Numbered from the stretch's first letter, positions 10,189 through 18,201 are shown. The stretch: 60,772 bases of DNA from a bacterium (GCA_049970495.1 JBMFMV010000004.1:1-60772); one strand, 5' to 3'. Notes: generated from the sequence alone by a model not told the origin. Numbers and translations are program-made.

Positions 10189-10215
10189 AGATCGGAATGA
10201 CTAGAAAAAACTTTA
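10189..10215 (-). promoter_or_regulatory. sigma-28-like promoter of the TPR-GT2 gene
   Basis: The minus strand reads TAAA-gttttttctagtcat(15 nt)-TCCGATCT, so the CCGAT core and spacing are conserved. SD GGAAGGTGA and ATG 10161 follow. Confidence 0.5.
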
Positions 10216-10247
10216 GGATGAATTTATAATATAGTTTATGTAGGATA

Positions 10248-13100
10248 ATGGAGGAGAAAATGGAGGATAAATTAGCTGATTTTGCTTATATATTTAATCC
10301 CCAAATATCAAGAATAGAAAGTTTAGAAAAGATATTAAAGTTATTCTTCGATACGTTTCTAAATGTACAAGATGTATCACTATTATTAGCTGTTCCAAGA
10401 GAAACTGTAGAGAAATACTTAACAAAAGTTTCTAAGATTATAGATAAATATGACATGTCTCAGATATCTATAAAAGAATATGAAAATAATGTAGATTTAA
10501 ACTCTATAAAAAACAATGTCTCCTATGTAATTGATGAGAGACTAGAGGAAGAAAGTATAAAGCTTAATTTGAAAACCGCTTATCTTCCAAAGAAAGGAAT
10601 TGTCTATGTACCATATGATAACTTTAAGAATCTAGACCTATATAACGTAGAGTGGGAAAGATATAGAAGATTTAAGAGGATAGCGGAATTGATAAAAAAA
10701 GATTTCCCGGAGGGAAATAAGTTTACAATACTAGATGCAGGTGGTGATGATGGTCTCTTTGCTGCATTTCTACCAGGGCATAACATCTTTTTAATCGACG
10801 AAAGAACTACTGGTGGTAAGATAGAGACATTGGACCTTCCAGCAAAATTCTTTGATATAGTAACATGTTTAGATGTTATTGAGCATGTACCAGCCCGTCT
10901 TAGAAGGGAAAGTATAGAAATCTTAGCTCGATTAGCCCGTAAGAGGTTGTACATAACTTTCCCCCATAATAGAGAGGCACAAGAATTCGTTTATTCTTAT
11001 ACTAAAAATAGATGGCTAGAAGAACATCTTATAAATGGCATACCAAGTGAAGATGAAATAGAAGGATATTTAAATAGTATAGGATTAATAAAGTTTAACA
11101 AAGAATATTTTTGTTATACTGGAACTTGGATAAGTACGATGTTTAACATACATAATTTACCCTCAAAAATATTTGAAATACTAAACTACGAAATTAATAA
11201 GATCGAAGAATTTGATCACCATCCACCCTTTTTAAGAGTTGCCTTTTCTATAGATACGTCTCAATTTAATGGTTCTAGAGAAAAACAGAATTCTCTTATC
11301 CAAGAAGATCTAGATTTTACTGGGGAAAGAATGGTACCAGGGAAAGCAGATAGTGCTACAGAGTTACAGCATATCAATAGATATAAATTTGCAAAGGAAT
11401 TAGTAAAGGGGATGAGTGTTTTAGACGTAGCTTGTGGAGAAGGGTATGGCTCTAATATGCTTGCAGAAACAGCAAAAGAGGTGATTGGGGTAGATATCAG
11501 CAAAGAGACTATAGAACAGGCTCGTAGAAAATATGTAAAAAAGAACCTGTGTTTTAAGGTGATGAATGCGGAAGAGTTATCTTTTGAAGATAGCTATTTT
11601 GATATAGTTGTATCGTTTGAGACTATAGAACACTTGGAAAGACCATACAAATTTTTAAAAGAAATAAAAAGGGTATTAAAAGACGGGGGTCTTTTTATAG
11701 TTTCTACCCCAAATAGGGATCTAGCCTCATTAGGAAGCCCTATCCCCTTAAATAAGTTTCATAAGGAGGAATGGACTCTAGAGCAGTTCAAAAAGTTAAT
11801 CGATTACTATTTCCCAAATAGTAGACTAATAGGTCAATATGCCTCTTACCCCTGGGAAGTTCATGAAGGTGTTAAGCCTGATGACCTATTCTTTATAGCA
11901 GTTGCCAAGAAAGAAGGGTCTAATGAGAGAGTCATTAAGACCTCCCTTACCTCTATCATCATCCTTACCCTAAATAATCTTGAATATACTAAAAAGTGTA
12001 TAGAGAGTATAAGAAAATATACACCAGAGCCATATGAGTTGATAGTTGTAGATAATGGTTCTAAAGATGGGACGGTTGAATATCTAGAGAATCAAGAGGA
12101 TATAAAGCTAGTAAAGAATCCTACTAATGTAGGATTTGCTATGGGAAATAATATAGGGATGAAGTTAGCTAAAGGGGACTATATAGTTATTTTAAATAAT
12201 GATACCATTGTTACTCAGGGATGGCTTAAAAGGCTCATAGCATGTGCTGAGTCAGATCCGTCTATAGGAATAGTTGGTCCCCGATCAAACTATGTAGCTG
12301 GAGCTCAATTAGTAAAAGATGTTCCTTATGGAGAGGATATGGACGCTATGCAAGAATTTGCTAGAAAATGGAGTCTAGAAAACTCTGGTAAATATGAGGA
12401 AACTGTTAGAGTAATAGGTTTTTGTATGTTAGTAAAAAGAGAGGTTATAGAAAGGATAGGCGGATTTGACCCCTTATATGAGAGTGGAAACTTCGAAGAT
12501 GATGACTTCTGTATAAGGGCTATAAGGGCTGGTTTTAAGATAAAGATAGCCCACGATGTATTTATACATCACTTTGGGAGTAAGACATTTACTAGTGAAA
12601 AGATAAACTATACAGAATCTATGTTAAAAAACTGGGAGAGGTTTAAGAGAAAATGGGGGATCCCTTCTAGTTGGACTTTAGAAAAGGGAATCCCAATATT
12701 AGACCTTGTAAGAGGTGGATTCGACAAAAACAAGTTTTACGTGCCTATAGATATTACTCCAATAAAAATAGAAGGTATGAGGGCTAAAAACTTTCTAGCA
12801 AGACTCAATCTAGCTTCAGTTAGATGGTTCTTAGATACCTATAAACTTGGAGATGATGTAGCACTAATACTTTACGAAGAAAATCCAGACTCTGCCTATA
12901 GTAAACTTCTAGAAGTAATAGAAAAGCTTGGATATAATCCCGAAAATGTTCCAGATATAATTATATACTCCGAAAAACTTTCAAAATTTGAAGTACCAAG
13001 ACTTATAGCCAGTATAGATGGAATTATAAGTACTTCTCAAATTAACAAAGAATGGCTTAAATGGGCAAGGAAACTTGATAAAGAGATAATAGATGTATAA
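10248..13100 (+). CDS. multidomain protein: two class-I SAM methyltransferase domains plus a GT2 glycosyltransferase plus an unassigned C-terminal domain
   Basis: MT1: ILDAGGDDGLFAAF...FDIVTCLDVIEHV. MT2: VLDVACGEGYGSNML...VIGVDIS...FDIVVSFETIEHLE...LKDGGLFIVSTPN. GT2: SIIILTLNN...LIVVDNGSKDGT...NVGFAMGNN...ILNNDTIV...EDDDFCIRA. The second ATG at 10260 has a better SD. Confidence 0.8.
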   Translation: MEEKMEDKLADFAYIFNPQISRIESLEKILKLFFDTFLNVQDVSLLLAVPRETVEKYLTKVSKIIDKYDMSQISIKEYENNVDLNSIKNNVSYVIDERLEEESIKLNLKTAYLPKKGIVYVPYDNFKNLDLYNVEWERYRRFKRIAELIKKDFPEGNKFTILDAGGDDGLFAAFLPGHNIFLIDERTTGGKIETLDLPAKFFDIVTCLDVIEHVPARLRRESIEILARLARKRLYITFPHNREAQEFVYSYTKNRWLEEHLINGIPSEDEIEGYLNSIGLIKFNKEYFCYTGTWISTMFNIHNLPSKIFEILNYEINKIEEFDHHPPFLRVAFSIDTSQFNGSREKQNSLIQEDLDFTGERMVPGKADSATELQHINRYKFAKELVKGMSVLDVACGEGYGSNMLAETAKEVIGVDISKETIEQARRKYVKKNLCFKVMNAEELSFEDSYFDIVVSFETIEHLERPYKFLKEIKRVLKDGGLFIVSTPNRDLASLGSPIPLNKFHKEEWTLEQFKKLIDYYFPNSRLIGQYASYPWEVHEGVKPDDLFFIAVAKKEGSNERVIKTSLTSIIILTLNNLEYTKKCIESIRKYTPEPYELIVVDNGSKDGTVEYLENQEDIKLVKNPTNVGFAMGNNIGMKLAKGDYIVILNNDTIVTQGWLKRLIACAESDPSIGIVGPRSNYVAGAQLVKDVPYGEDMDAMQEFARKWSLENSGKYEETVRVIGFCMLVKREVIERIGGFDPLYESGNFEDDDFCIRAIRAGFKIKIAHDVFIHHFGSKTFTSEKINYTESMLKNWERFKRKWGIPSSWTLEKGIPILDLVRGGFDKNKFYVPIDITPIKIEGMRAKNFLARLNLASVRWFLDTYKLGDDVALILYEENPDSAYSKLLEVIEKLGYNPENVPDIIIYSEKLSKFEVPRLIASIDGIISTSQINKEWLKWARKLDKEIIDV

Positions 13101-13101
13101 G

Positions 13102-14100
13102 TTAGTGTTTTAGGTACCACTCTATCGTATATCTTAGTGCCTCCTTAAAGTCCCATACTGGTTTCCATCGAAGTCTTCCTCTTATCTTGTTACTATCTAA
13201 GGCATATCTTCTATCATGGCCAGGTCTATCTCTTACAAAGGTTATAAGTTTTTTGTATTCATCAGACGACTTACCCGTAACCCCTTCCAAAAGTTCACAG
13301 ATTAAGTTTACTAGGTCTATATTTTTCCACTCATTACCTCCCCCTATGTTATAAATCTCTCCTATCTCTCCTCTGTGTAAAACCAAATCAATACCTCTAC
13401 AGTTATCTCCAACATATAGCCAATCCCTAATATTCTGCCCATCTCCATAAACTGGGATAGGCTTACCTTGAATCGCATTTTTAATGGTTAACGGAATCAA
13501 CTTTTCTGGATATTGACTAGGTCCAAAGTTATTAGAGGAGCGGGTTATAATAACTGGCATGCCATAGGTAATATAATATGACCTGCATAAAAGGTCTGCA
13601 CTAGCCTTTGAAGCAGAATAAGGACTGTTGGGCTTAAGGGGAGATTTTTCTGTAAATCTATCTTTACTCTCCAATGGTAAAGCACCATAGACTTCATCTG
13701 TACTAATCTGGAGAAATCTACAATAATCTAGCATATTATTCTTTATCCAGAATTTTCTAGCGACATCTAGTAATACTTGAGTCCCATATACATTCGTTTT
13801 TACAAATATCTCTGGTTCTTCAATACTTCTGTCTACATGGGATTCTGCAGCAAAATTCACCACATAATTAGGTCTAAATGTCTCAAATATATATTCAACC
13901 AGCTCCCTATTAGATATATCACCTTTTACAAAGTAATAATTAGGTTTTGTACCAACCTCTTTGAGATTCTCTAGATTACCAGCATAGGTCAATTTATCAA
14001 GGTTAACCACTGTGTAATCAGGATGTTCTTTAAAAAGATAACGAATGTAATTTGAACCAATAAAACCTGCTCCTCCTGTAACAAGTATTACACTACTCAT
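13102..14100 (-). CDS. rfbB: dTDP-glucose 4,6-dehydratase
   Basis: GGAGFIGSN Rossmann motif, STDEVYG, YSASKASAD (YxxxK); 332 aa. Confidence 0.9.
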   Translation of the reverse strand: MSSVILVTGGAGFIGSNYIRYLFKEHPDYTVVNLDKLTYAGNLENLKEVGTKPNYYFVKGDISNRELVEYIFETFRPNYVVNFAAESHVDRSIEEPEIFVKTNVYGTQVLLDVARKFWIKNNMLDYCRFLQISTDEVYGALPLESKDRFTEKSPLKPNSPYSASKASADLLCRSYYITYGMPVIITRSSNNFGPSQYPEKLIPLTIKNAIQGKPIPVYGDGQNIRDWLYVGDNCRGIDLVLHRGEIGEIYNIGGGNEWKNIDLVNLICELLEGVTGKSSDEYKKLITFVRDRPGHDRRYALDSNKIRGRLRWKPVWDFKEALRYTIEWYLKH

Positions 14101-14687
14101 AAATCTTTCCCATAATCTTCTCTAAATAAGATATCTCTTACCTCTCTAAAAGACGGTAATTTACTATCTTTCTCTGAAATAATAATATTTTCCACTTTAT
14201 TAAGGTGCCAATTAATATTTAGCTCTGGATCATTCCATATAATTCCAAAGTCATCTTCTGGATGATAAAATTCGGTACATTTATAAAAGAAGTGCGTATT
14301 CTCTTCTAGAGAAATGAACCCATGGGCAAAACCAGGAGGGATATAAAACTGTAAGCCATCCCCTTCTATAAGTTCAACTCCAAACCATTCACCAAAGGTG
14401 GGAGAATCCACTCTTAAATCAACAGCAACATCAAAAACCTTCCCAGAAATCACTCTTACTAACTTCCCCTGAGGGTACTTTAACTGAAAGTGTAATCCAC
14501 GTATCACACCTTTTTTAGAGAAAGAGTGGTTGTCTTGGACAAAATTCAAGTCAAGTCCTATTTCTTTCAATTCTCTCTGGTTATAACTTTCTACGAAAAA
14601 ACCCCTATCATCTTTAAATACTTTAGTTTCTATTAATAAGAGCCCTTTGATTGGAGTTTCAATAATTTTAAACTTACCCATTTTCAA
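14097..14687 (-). CDS. rfbC: dTDP-4-dehydrorhamnose 3,5-epimerase
   Basis: Cupin-type RmlC pattern (FKDDRGFFVESYN, IRGLHFQ, PPGFAHGF). The true start may be ATG 14681. Confidence 0.9.
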   Translation of the reverse strand: MKMGKFKIIETPIKGLLLIETKVFKDDRGFFVESYNQRELKEIGLDLNFVQDNHSFSKKGVIRGLHFQLKYPQGKLVRVISGKVFDVAVDLRVDSPTFGEWFGVELIEGDGLQFYIPPGFAHGFISLEENTHFFYKCTEFYHPEDDFGIIWNDPELNINWHLNKVENIIISEKDSKLPSFREVRDILFREDYGKDL

Positions 14688-15406
14688 AAATCTAATATCA
14701 AGTCTTTACAGAGTTCATTTGCCCTAAATAGAGATTCTGGAGTCCCTGCATCCGTCCACCATCCTTTAAGTATATCATAGGTCAAAGCTCCGTCTCTTAA
14801 ATAGGCATTGTTTACATCAGTAATCTCTAACTCACCTCTTGCTGAAGGCTTTAATGTTTTAATAATATTAAATACCTTTGAGTCATACATGTATATCCCA
14901 GTTACAGCAAAATTACTCTTTGGCTCTTTGGGTTTTTCTTCTATCTTGAGGATTCTACCGTCTTTGATCTCTGGAACTCCAAATCTTTGAGGATCTGGGA
15001 CTTCTTTTAAAAGAATCTTAGCACCTTCAATTTGCCTTTCAAAACTTCTCACATACGGAGTTATATCATCCTCAAAGATGTTATCCCCAAGAATTACTAC
15101 ACACCTACCGCCATTCACAAAATGTTCAGCTAGACCTAGAGCTTGTGCTATACCTCCTGCCTCATCTTGAACCCTGTATGTAAATTCTACTCCAAAGTCT
15201 CTTCCGCTTCCTAGAAGTTCTATAACATCGCCCATATGTTCACGTCCAGTTACTATAAGTATATCTTCTATTCCAGCCTGTTTGAGTCTATATATAGGAT
15301 AAAAGATCATAGGATATTTGCCTACAGGTAGTAGGTGTTTATTTGTAACTTTTGTAAGAGGCATTAGTCTTGAACCTGTCCCGCCCGCCAAGATTATTCC
15401 CTTCAC
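14684..15406 (-). CDS. rfbA: glucose-1-phosphate thymidylyltransferase, short SpsI-like form
   Basis: MKGIILAGGTGSRLMPLT...NKHLLPVGKYPMI...EKPKEPKSNFAVTGIYMYD...ELEITD. GTG start follows AAGGAG. Confidence 0.85.
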   Translation of the reverse strand: MKGIILAGGTGSRLMPLTKVTNKHLLPVGKYPMIFYPIYRLKQAGIEDILIVTGREHMGDVIELLGSGRDFGVEFTYRVQDEAGGIAQALGLAEHFVNGGRCVVILGDNIFEDDITPYVRSFERQIEGAKILLKEVPDPQRFGVPEIKDGRILKIEEKPKEPKSNFAVTGIYMYDSKVFNIIKTLKPSARGELEITDVNNAYLRDGALTYDILKGWWTDAGTPESLFRANELCKDLILDF

Positions 15407-15416
15407 TTTAATCTCC

Positions 15417-16112
15417 TTAAAATATCGGTTGGAACTCGTAAGAATAGTAGAGCCTTATATTTTTACTCTTAGCATATTCCTCCGTTTCTAGGTCGGTCAT
15501 ATAGGTAACTAGAATAGGGAAGATATCTTCTTTAAGAGTCTCTCTTATATCTTTGAGTCTATCCACAAAATCTACTATATGCCTAATAGAAAGGTTAGCC
15601 TTGGCTTCTCCTATTATGTATATCTCTTTACCATCTTTCTCCGCCTTTCCTATTATGTTTATCTCCATAACTTCCCCTTTATAAGTTCTTACCATCTTCC
15701 TTACTAACCTTTCCTTTACCTTTATGCCAAATTCTTCTTCTAAGAGTTTAGGAAGAGAAACGTAAGCTCTATCCTCTAATTGAAAACCAACAGCATGGGC
15801 AAGGCCACCAAGCTGTCTCTTTATATCTACCATCTCTCTCTGCATCTCCTCTACTACCAGTATAAGCCTTTCTAGTCTTGCCTCTGTCTTTGCCTGAGCT
15901 TGAGCTAACTCCTCTAGTCTTGCCTCTGTCTTTGCCTGAGCTTGAGCTAACTCCTCTAGTCTTGCCTCTGTCTTTGCCTGAGCTTGGATCAATTCTTTTA
16001 TAGTCTCTTTTAGGTTACTCACCTCTCTATCTATCGGAAGTAATATCTCTAGCTCCTGCTTCAAAACCTCTCTAGCTATCCTATATATTTCTTCTCTTTC
16101 TATAGTCTCCAT
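15417..16112 (-). CDS. coiled-coil protein with a C-terminal PD-(D/E)XK-like domain (DUF3782-type architecture), function unknown
   Basis: N-terminal heptad-rich region with three copies of AQAQAKTEARLEEL. The C-terminal domain has LEDRAY...MEINIIG...IIGEAK, spaced like a D/E...(D/E)xK nuclease core. SD AGGAGG present. Its stop codon lies inside the rfbA SD. Confidence 0.6.
   Translation of the reverse strand: METIEREEIYRIAREVLKQELEILLPIDREVSNLKETIKELIQAQAKTEARLEELAQAQAKTEARLEELAQAQAKTEARLERLILVVEEMQREMVDIKRQLGGLAHAVGFQLEDRAYVSLPKLLEEEFGIKVKERLVRKMVRTYKGEVMEINIIGKAEKDGKEIYIIGEAKANLSIRHIVDFVDRLKDIRETLKEDIFPILVTYMTDLETEEYAKSKNIRLYYSYEFQPIF
15873..15987. repeat. perfect 42-bp in-frame tandem repeat, about 2.7 copies
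   Basis: Unit ctagtcttgcctctgtctttgcctgagcttgagctaactcct at 15873-15914 and 15915-15956, plus a 31-nt partial copy at 15957-15987. It encodes the 14-aa repeat in the coiled coil. Confidence 0.95.
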
Positions 16113-16274
16113 TTTCCTTGCCTCCTGTGTTATTACAATTCCTATTATAGCATACTGTAACTACTTCAAAATTGATAGGCAAATTAATGAATCTTATCCT
16201 TTCAGGTGTTGCCCTTTTGGATGCCTTGTGATAATATCTAATCTAGAGATTCAAACAAGAGGAGGCTTCTAGGT

Positions 16275-16481
16275 TTGGACAATATTAACAGTGTTGATAC
16301 TATTCAGATGGCCATAGCATTTTATGCCCTTAAGAGAGCTCAAAACATAGAAGAAGATACTAGTAAGATATTAATACAGAAGACACTACAAAGAACAGAT
16401 GGAAGTAAAAAGGATATTGATAAGGAACTAGAAAAAGACCTATTCCCCTGGCTTGGACAGAATATAGATATTGTGGTATAA
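16275..16481 (+). CDS. small YjfB-like putative motility protein
   Basis: 68 aa, TTG start behind GAGGAGG. The N-terminus MDNINSVDTIQMAIAFYALKRAQNIEE and the C-terminal LGQNIDIVV resemble the YjfB family as I remember it (MDI...LKKA...D...LGxNIDI). Confidence 0.5.
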   Translation: MDNINSVDTIQMAIAFYALKRAQNIEEDTSKILIQKTLQRTDGSKKDIDKELEKDLFPWLGQNIDIVV

Positions 16482-16482
16482 T
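16453..16482 (+). promoter_or_regulatory. sigma-70-type extended -10 promoter candidate for hflX
   Basis: TTGGAC (16453-16458), 18-nt spacer, then TGG-TATAAT (16474-16482). It overlaps the end of the small ORF. Confidence 0.4.
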
Positions 16483-16602
16483 TTTACTGTAATTAGAGAG
16501 AATTTTTAGGGATATGATCAGTTTTATCTTACAAAGAGTGGAAAATTACTGTAAGGAGTATTTGATCCTCTGTGTAATCTTTGGTCCTTGTGTAAGAGGT
16601 AA

Positions 16603-18201
16603 ATGAAAACTGCAGAAGAAATAAAAAAACTATTAACTGCATCCATAAAGAGGGATGCCAATAGTGAAGGTTTTATAGGTAGAAACCTTATAGAGGAACT
16701 CGTTTCTTCTTCGGTAAGGATACATAAGGATATTTCTGTCTATCTGACTAGAAAGAAGCAGATTATAGAGGTCCTCATAGATTCAGGATTGAGTAACCTA
16801 CCCCCTATAGAAAAAAGGGGTTCTTTATCCAAAGTCTTCTGTATAACTACTAAACTAGGTAAAGAAGCTATAGTAAATGGTATAGAAATTGCTACGCTCA
16901 AGAATCTAAGGTTAGATTTTTATGCAGTCCTCTCTATATCTAAAGATGGGAGGCCTAAAGAGATACAGATCGCCTTTCTTGACGGAGAAAAACTTGATAC
17001 CTTTGAGTTGGTAGGACCATATCCATATGAGTATCTCTTTACATTTGATTTTCTTGGTAAGATATCAGAAATAGAGAAAAAAAGTGAAACAAAGGCATAT
17101 GAGACTGGAGAAGAAAGGGAAAGAGTAGTACTAGTTGATGTAAGAAATGGAAAAGATAAAGCCTTAGAAGATTATCTATTTGAAGAATTGGAAAGACTAA
17201 CTATTACTGCAGGTGGAGAGGTCGTATATAAGTTATCTCAGAGGAAAGATTCCCCTGATCCTAGATATTATATAGGAGAGGGTAAAGTAAGAGAATTAGC
17301 TGATATAGTCCAGAGGGTTTCAGGGAATCTTGTCATATTTAATGGGGACCTCTCTCCATCACAGGTAGCAAATTTAGAGTCGGCCCTTGGGGTTAGAGTT
17401 ATTGATAGAACAGACCTAATCCTTGATATCTTTGCTAAACATGCAAGAACAAAAGAAGGTAAATTGCAAGTAGAGTTAGCCCAATTAAAACATCTATTGC
17501 CTAGACTTATAGGGAAAGGTAAAGAGCTGTCGCGTCTTGGTGGAGGGATAGGAACAAGAGGCCCTGGGGAAAGAAAGTTAGAAACAGATAGGAGACATAT
17601 AGAACGTAGAATAGACTTCCTAGAAAGGGAAATAGAAAGAGTCAAGCGACATAGAGTCCTTATAAGAGCAAATAGGGAGAGGAATAACATACCAGTGGTT
17701 ACTCTTGTAGGTTATACTAATGCAGGTAAATCTACTATTATGAATGCGCTTACACGCTCAAATGTATTGGTAGAAGATAAGCTCTTTGCTACACTTGACC
17801 CTACAACTAGGATACTGTGGCTAGTGGATATAAAAGCTCTTTTAACAGATACTGTTGGATTTATACATAAGCTTCCCCACCATTTAGTGGAAGCGTTCTC
17901 TGCAACACTAGAAGAAATAAGGTATGCGGATGTAATTTTACATATTATAGATGCAAGTGACCCATTTGCCTATGAACATATAAAAGTCGTAGATGATATG
18001 CTGAAATATCTAGAAGCTTATGATAAACCTATAATAAGAGTCTATAATAAGATAGATCTTATAAAAGATAGAGAAGAGCTTATCCCTCTTACGGAAGATA
18101 AAAGTGTTTTTGTCTCAGCTATAACGGGAGAAAATTTAGATGAGCTTAGGTCTCTTCTTAAGACAGAGATTGAGGGTATCTTGACAAATGCGAGTATTTA
18201 G
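16603..18201 (+). CDS. hflX: GTPase HflX with a ~170-aa N-terminal extension
   Basis: The HflX N-domain starts near ERVVLVDV...YIGEGKVRELA. G1 GYTNAGKST, G3 DTVGF, G4 NKID. Confidence 0.9.
   Translation: MKTAEEIKKLLTASIKRDANSEGFIGRNLIEELVSSSVRIHKDISVYLTRKKQIIEVLIDSGLSNLPPIEKRGSLSKVFCITTKLGKEAIVNGIEIATLKNLRLDFYAVLSISKDGRPKEIQIAFLDGEKLDTFELVGPYPYEYLFTFDFLGKISEIEKKSETKAYETGEERERVVLVDVRNGKDKALEDYLFEELERLTITAGGEVVYKLSQRKDSPDPRYYIGEGKVRELADIVQRVSGNLVIFNGDLSPSQVANLESALGVRVIDRTDLILDIFAKHARTKEGKLQVELAQLKHLLPRLIGKGKELSRLGGGIGTRGPGERKLETDRRHIERRIDFLEREIERVKRHRVLIRANRERNNIPVVTLVGYTNAGKSTIMNALTRSNVLVEDKLFATLDPTTRILWLVDIKALLTDTVGFIHKLPHHLVEAFSATLEEIRYADVILHIIDASDPFAYEHIKVVDDMLKYLEAYDKPIIRVYNKIDLIKDREELIPLTEDKSVFVSAITGENLDELRSLLKTEIEGILTNASI

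Noticed and set aside
15873-15987. 42-bp tandem repeat as a CRISPR-like array or intergenic minisatellite
   Set aside because: There are no spacers, and the copies are contiguous and in-frame inside a CDS (14-aa coiled-coil repeat).
16153-16160. TACTGTA as an E. coli-type LexA (SOS box) half-site
   Set aside because: None of the three copies has the inverted ACAG partner at the CTGT-N8-ACAG spacing.
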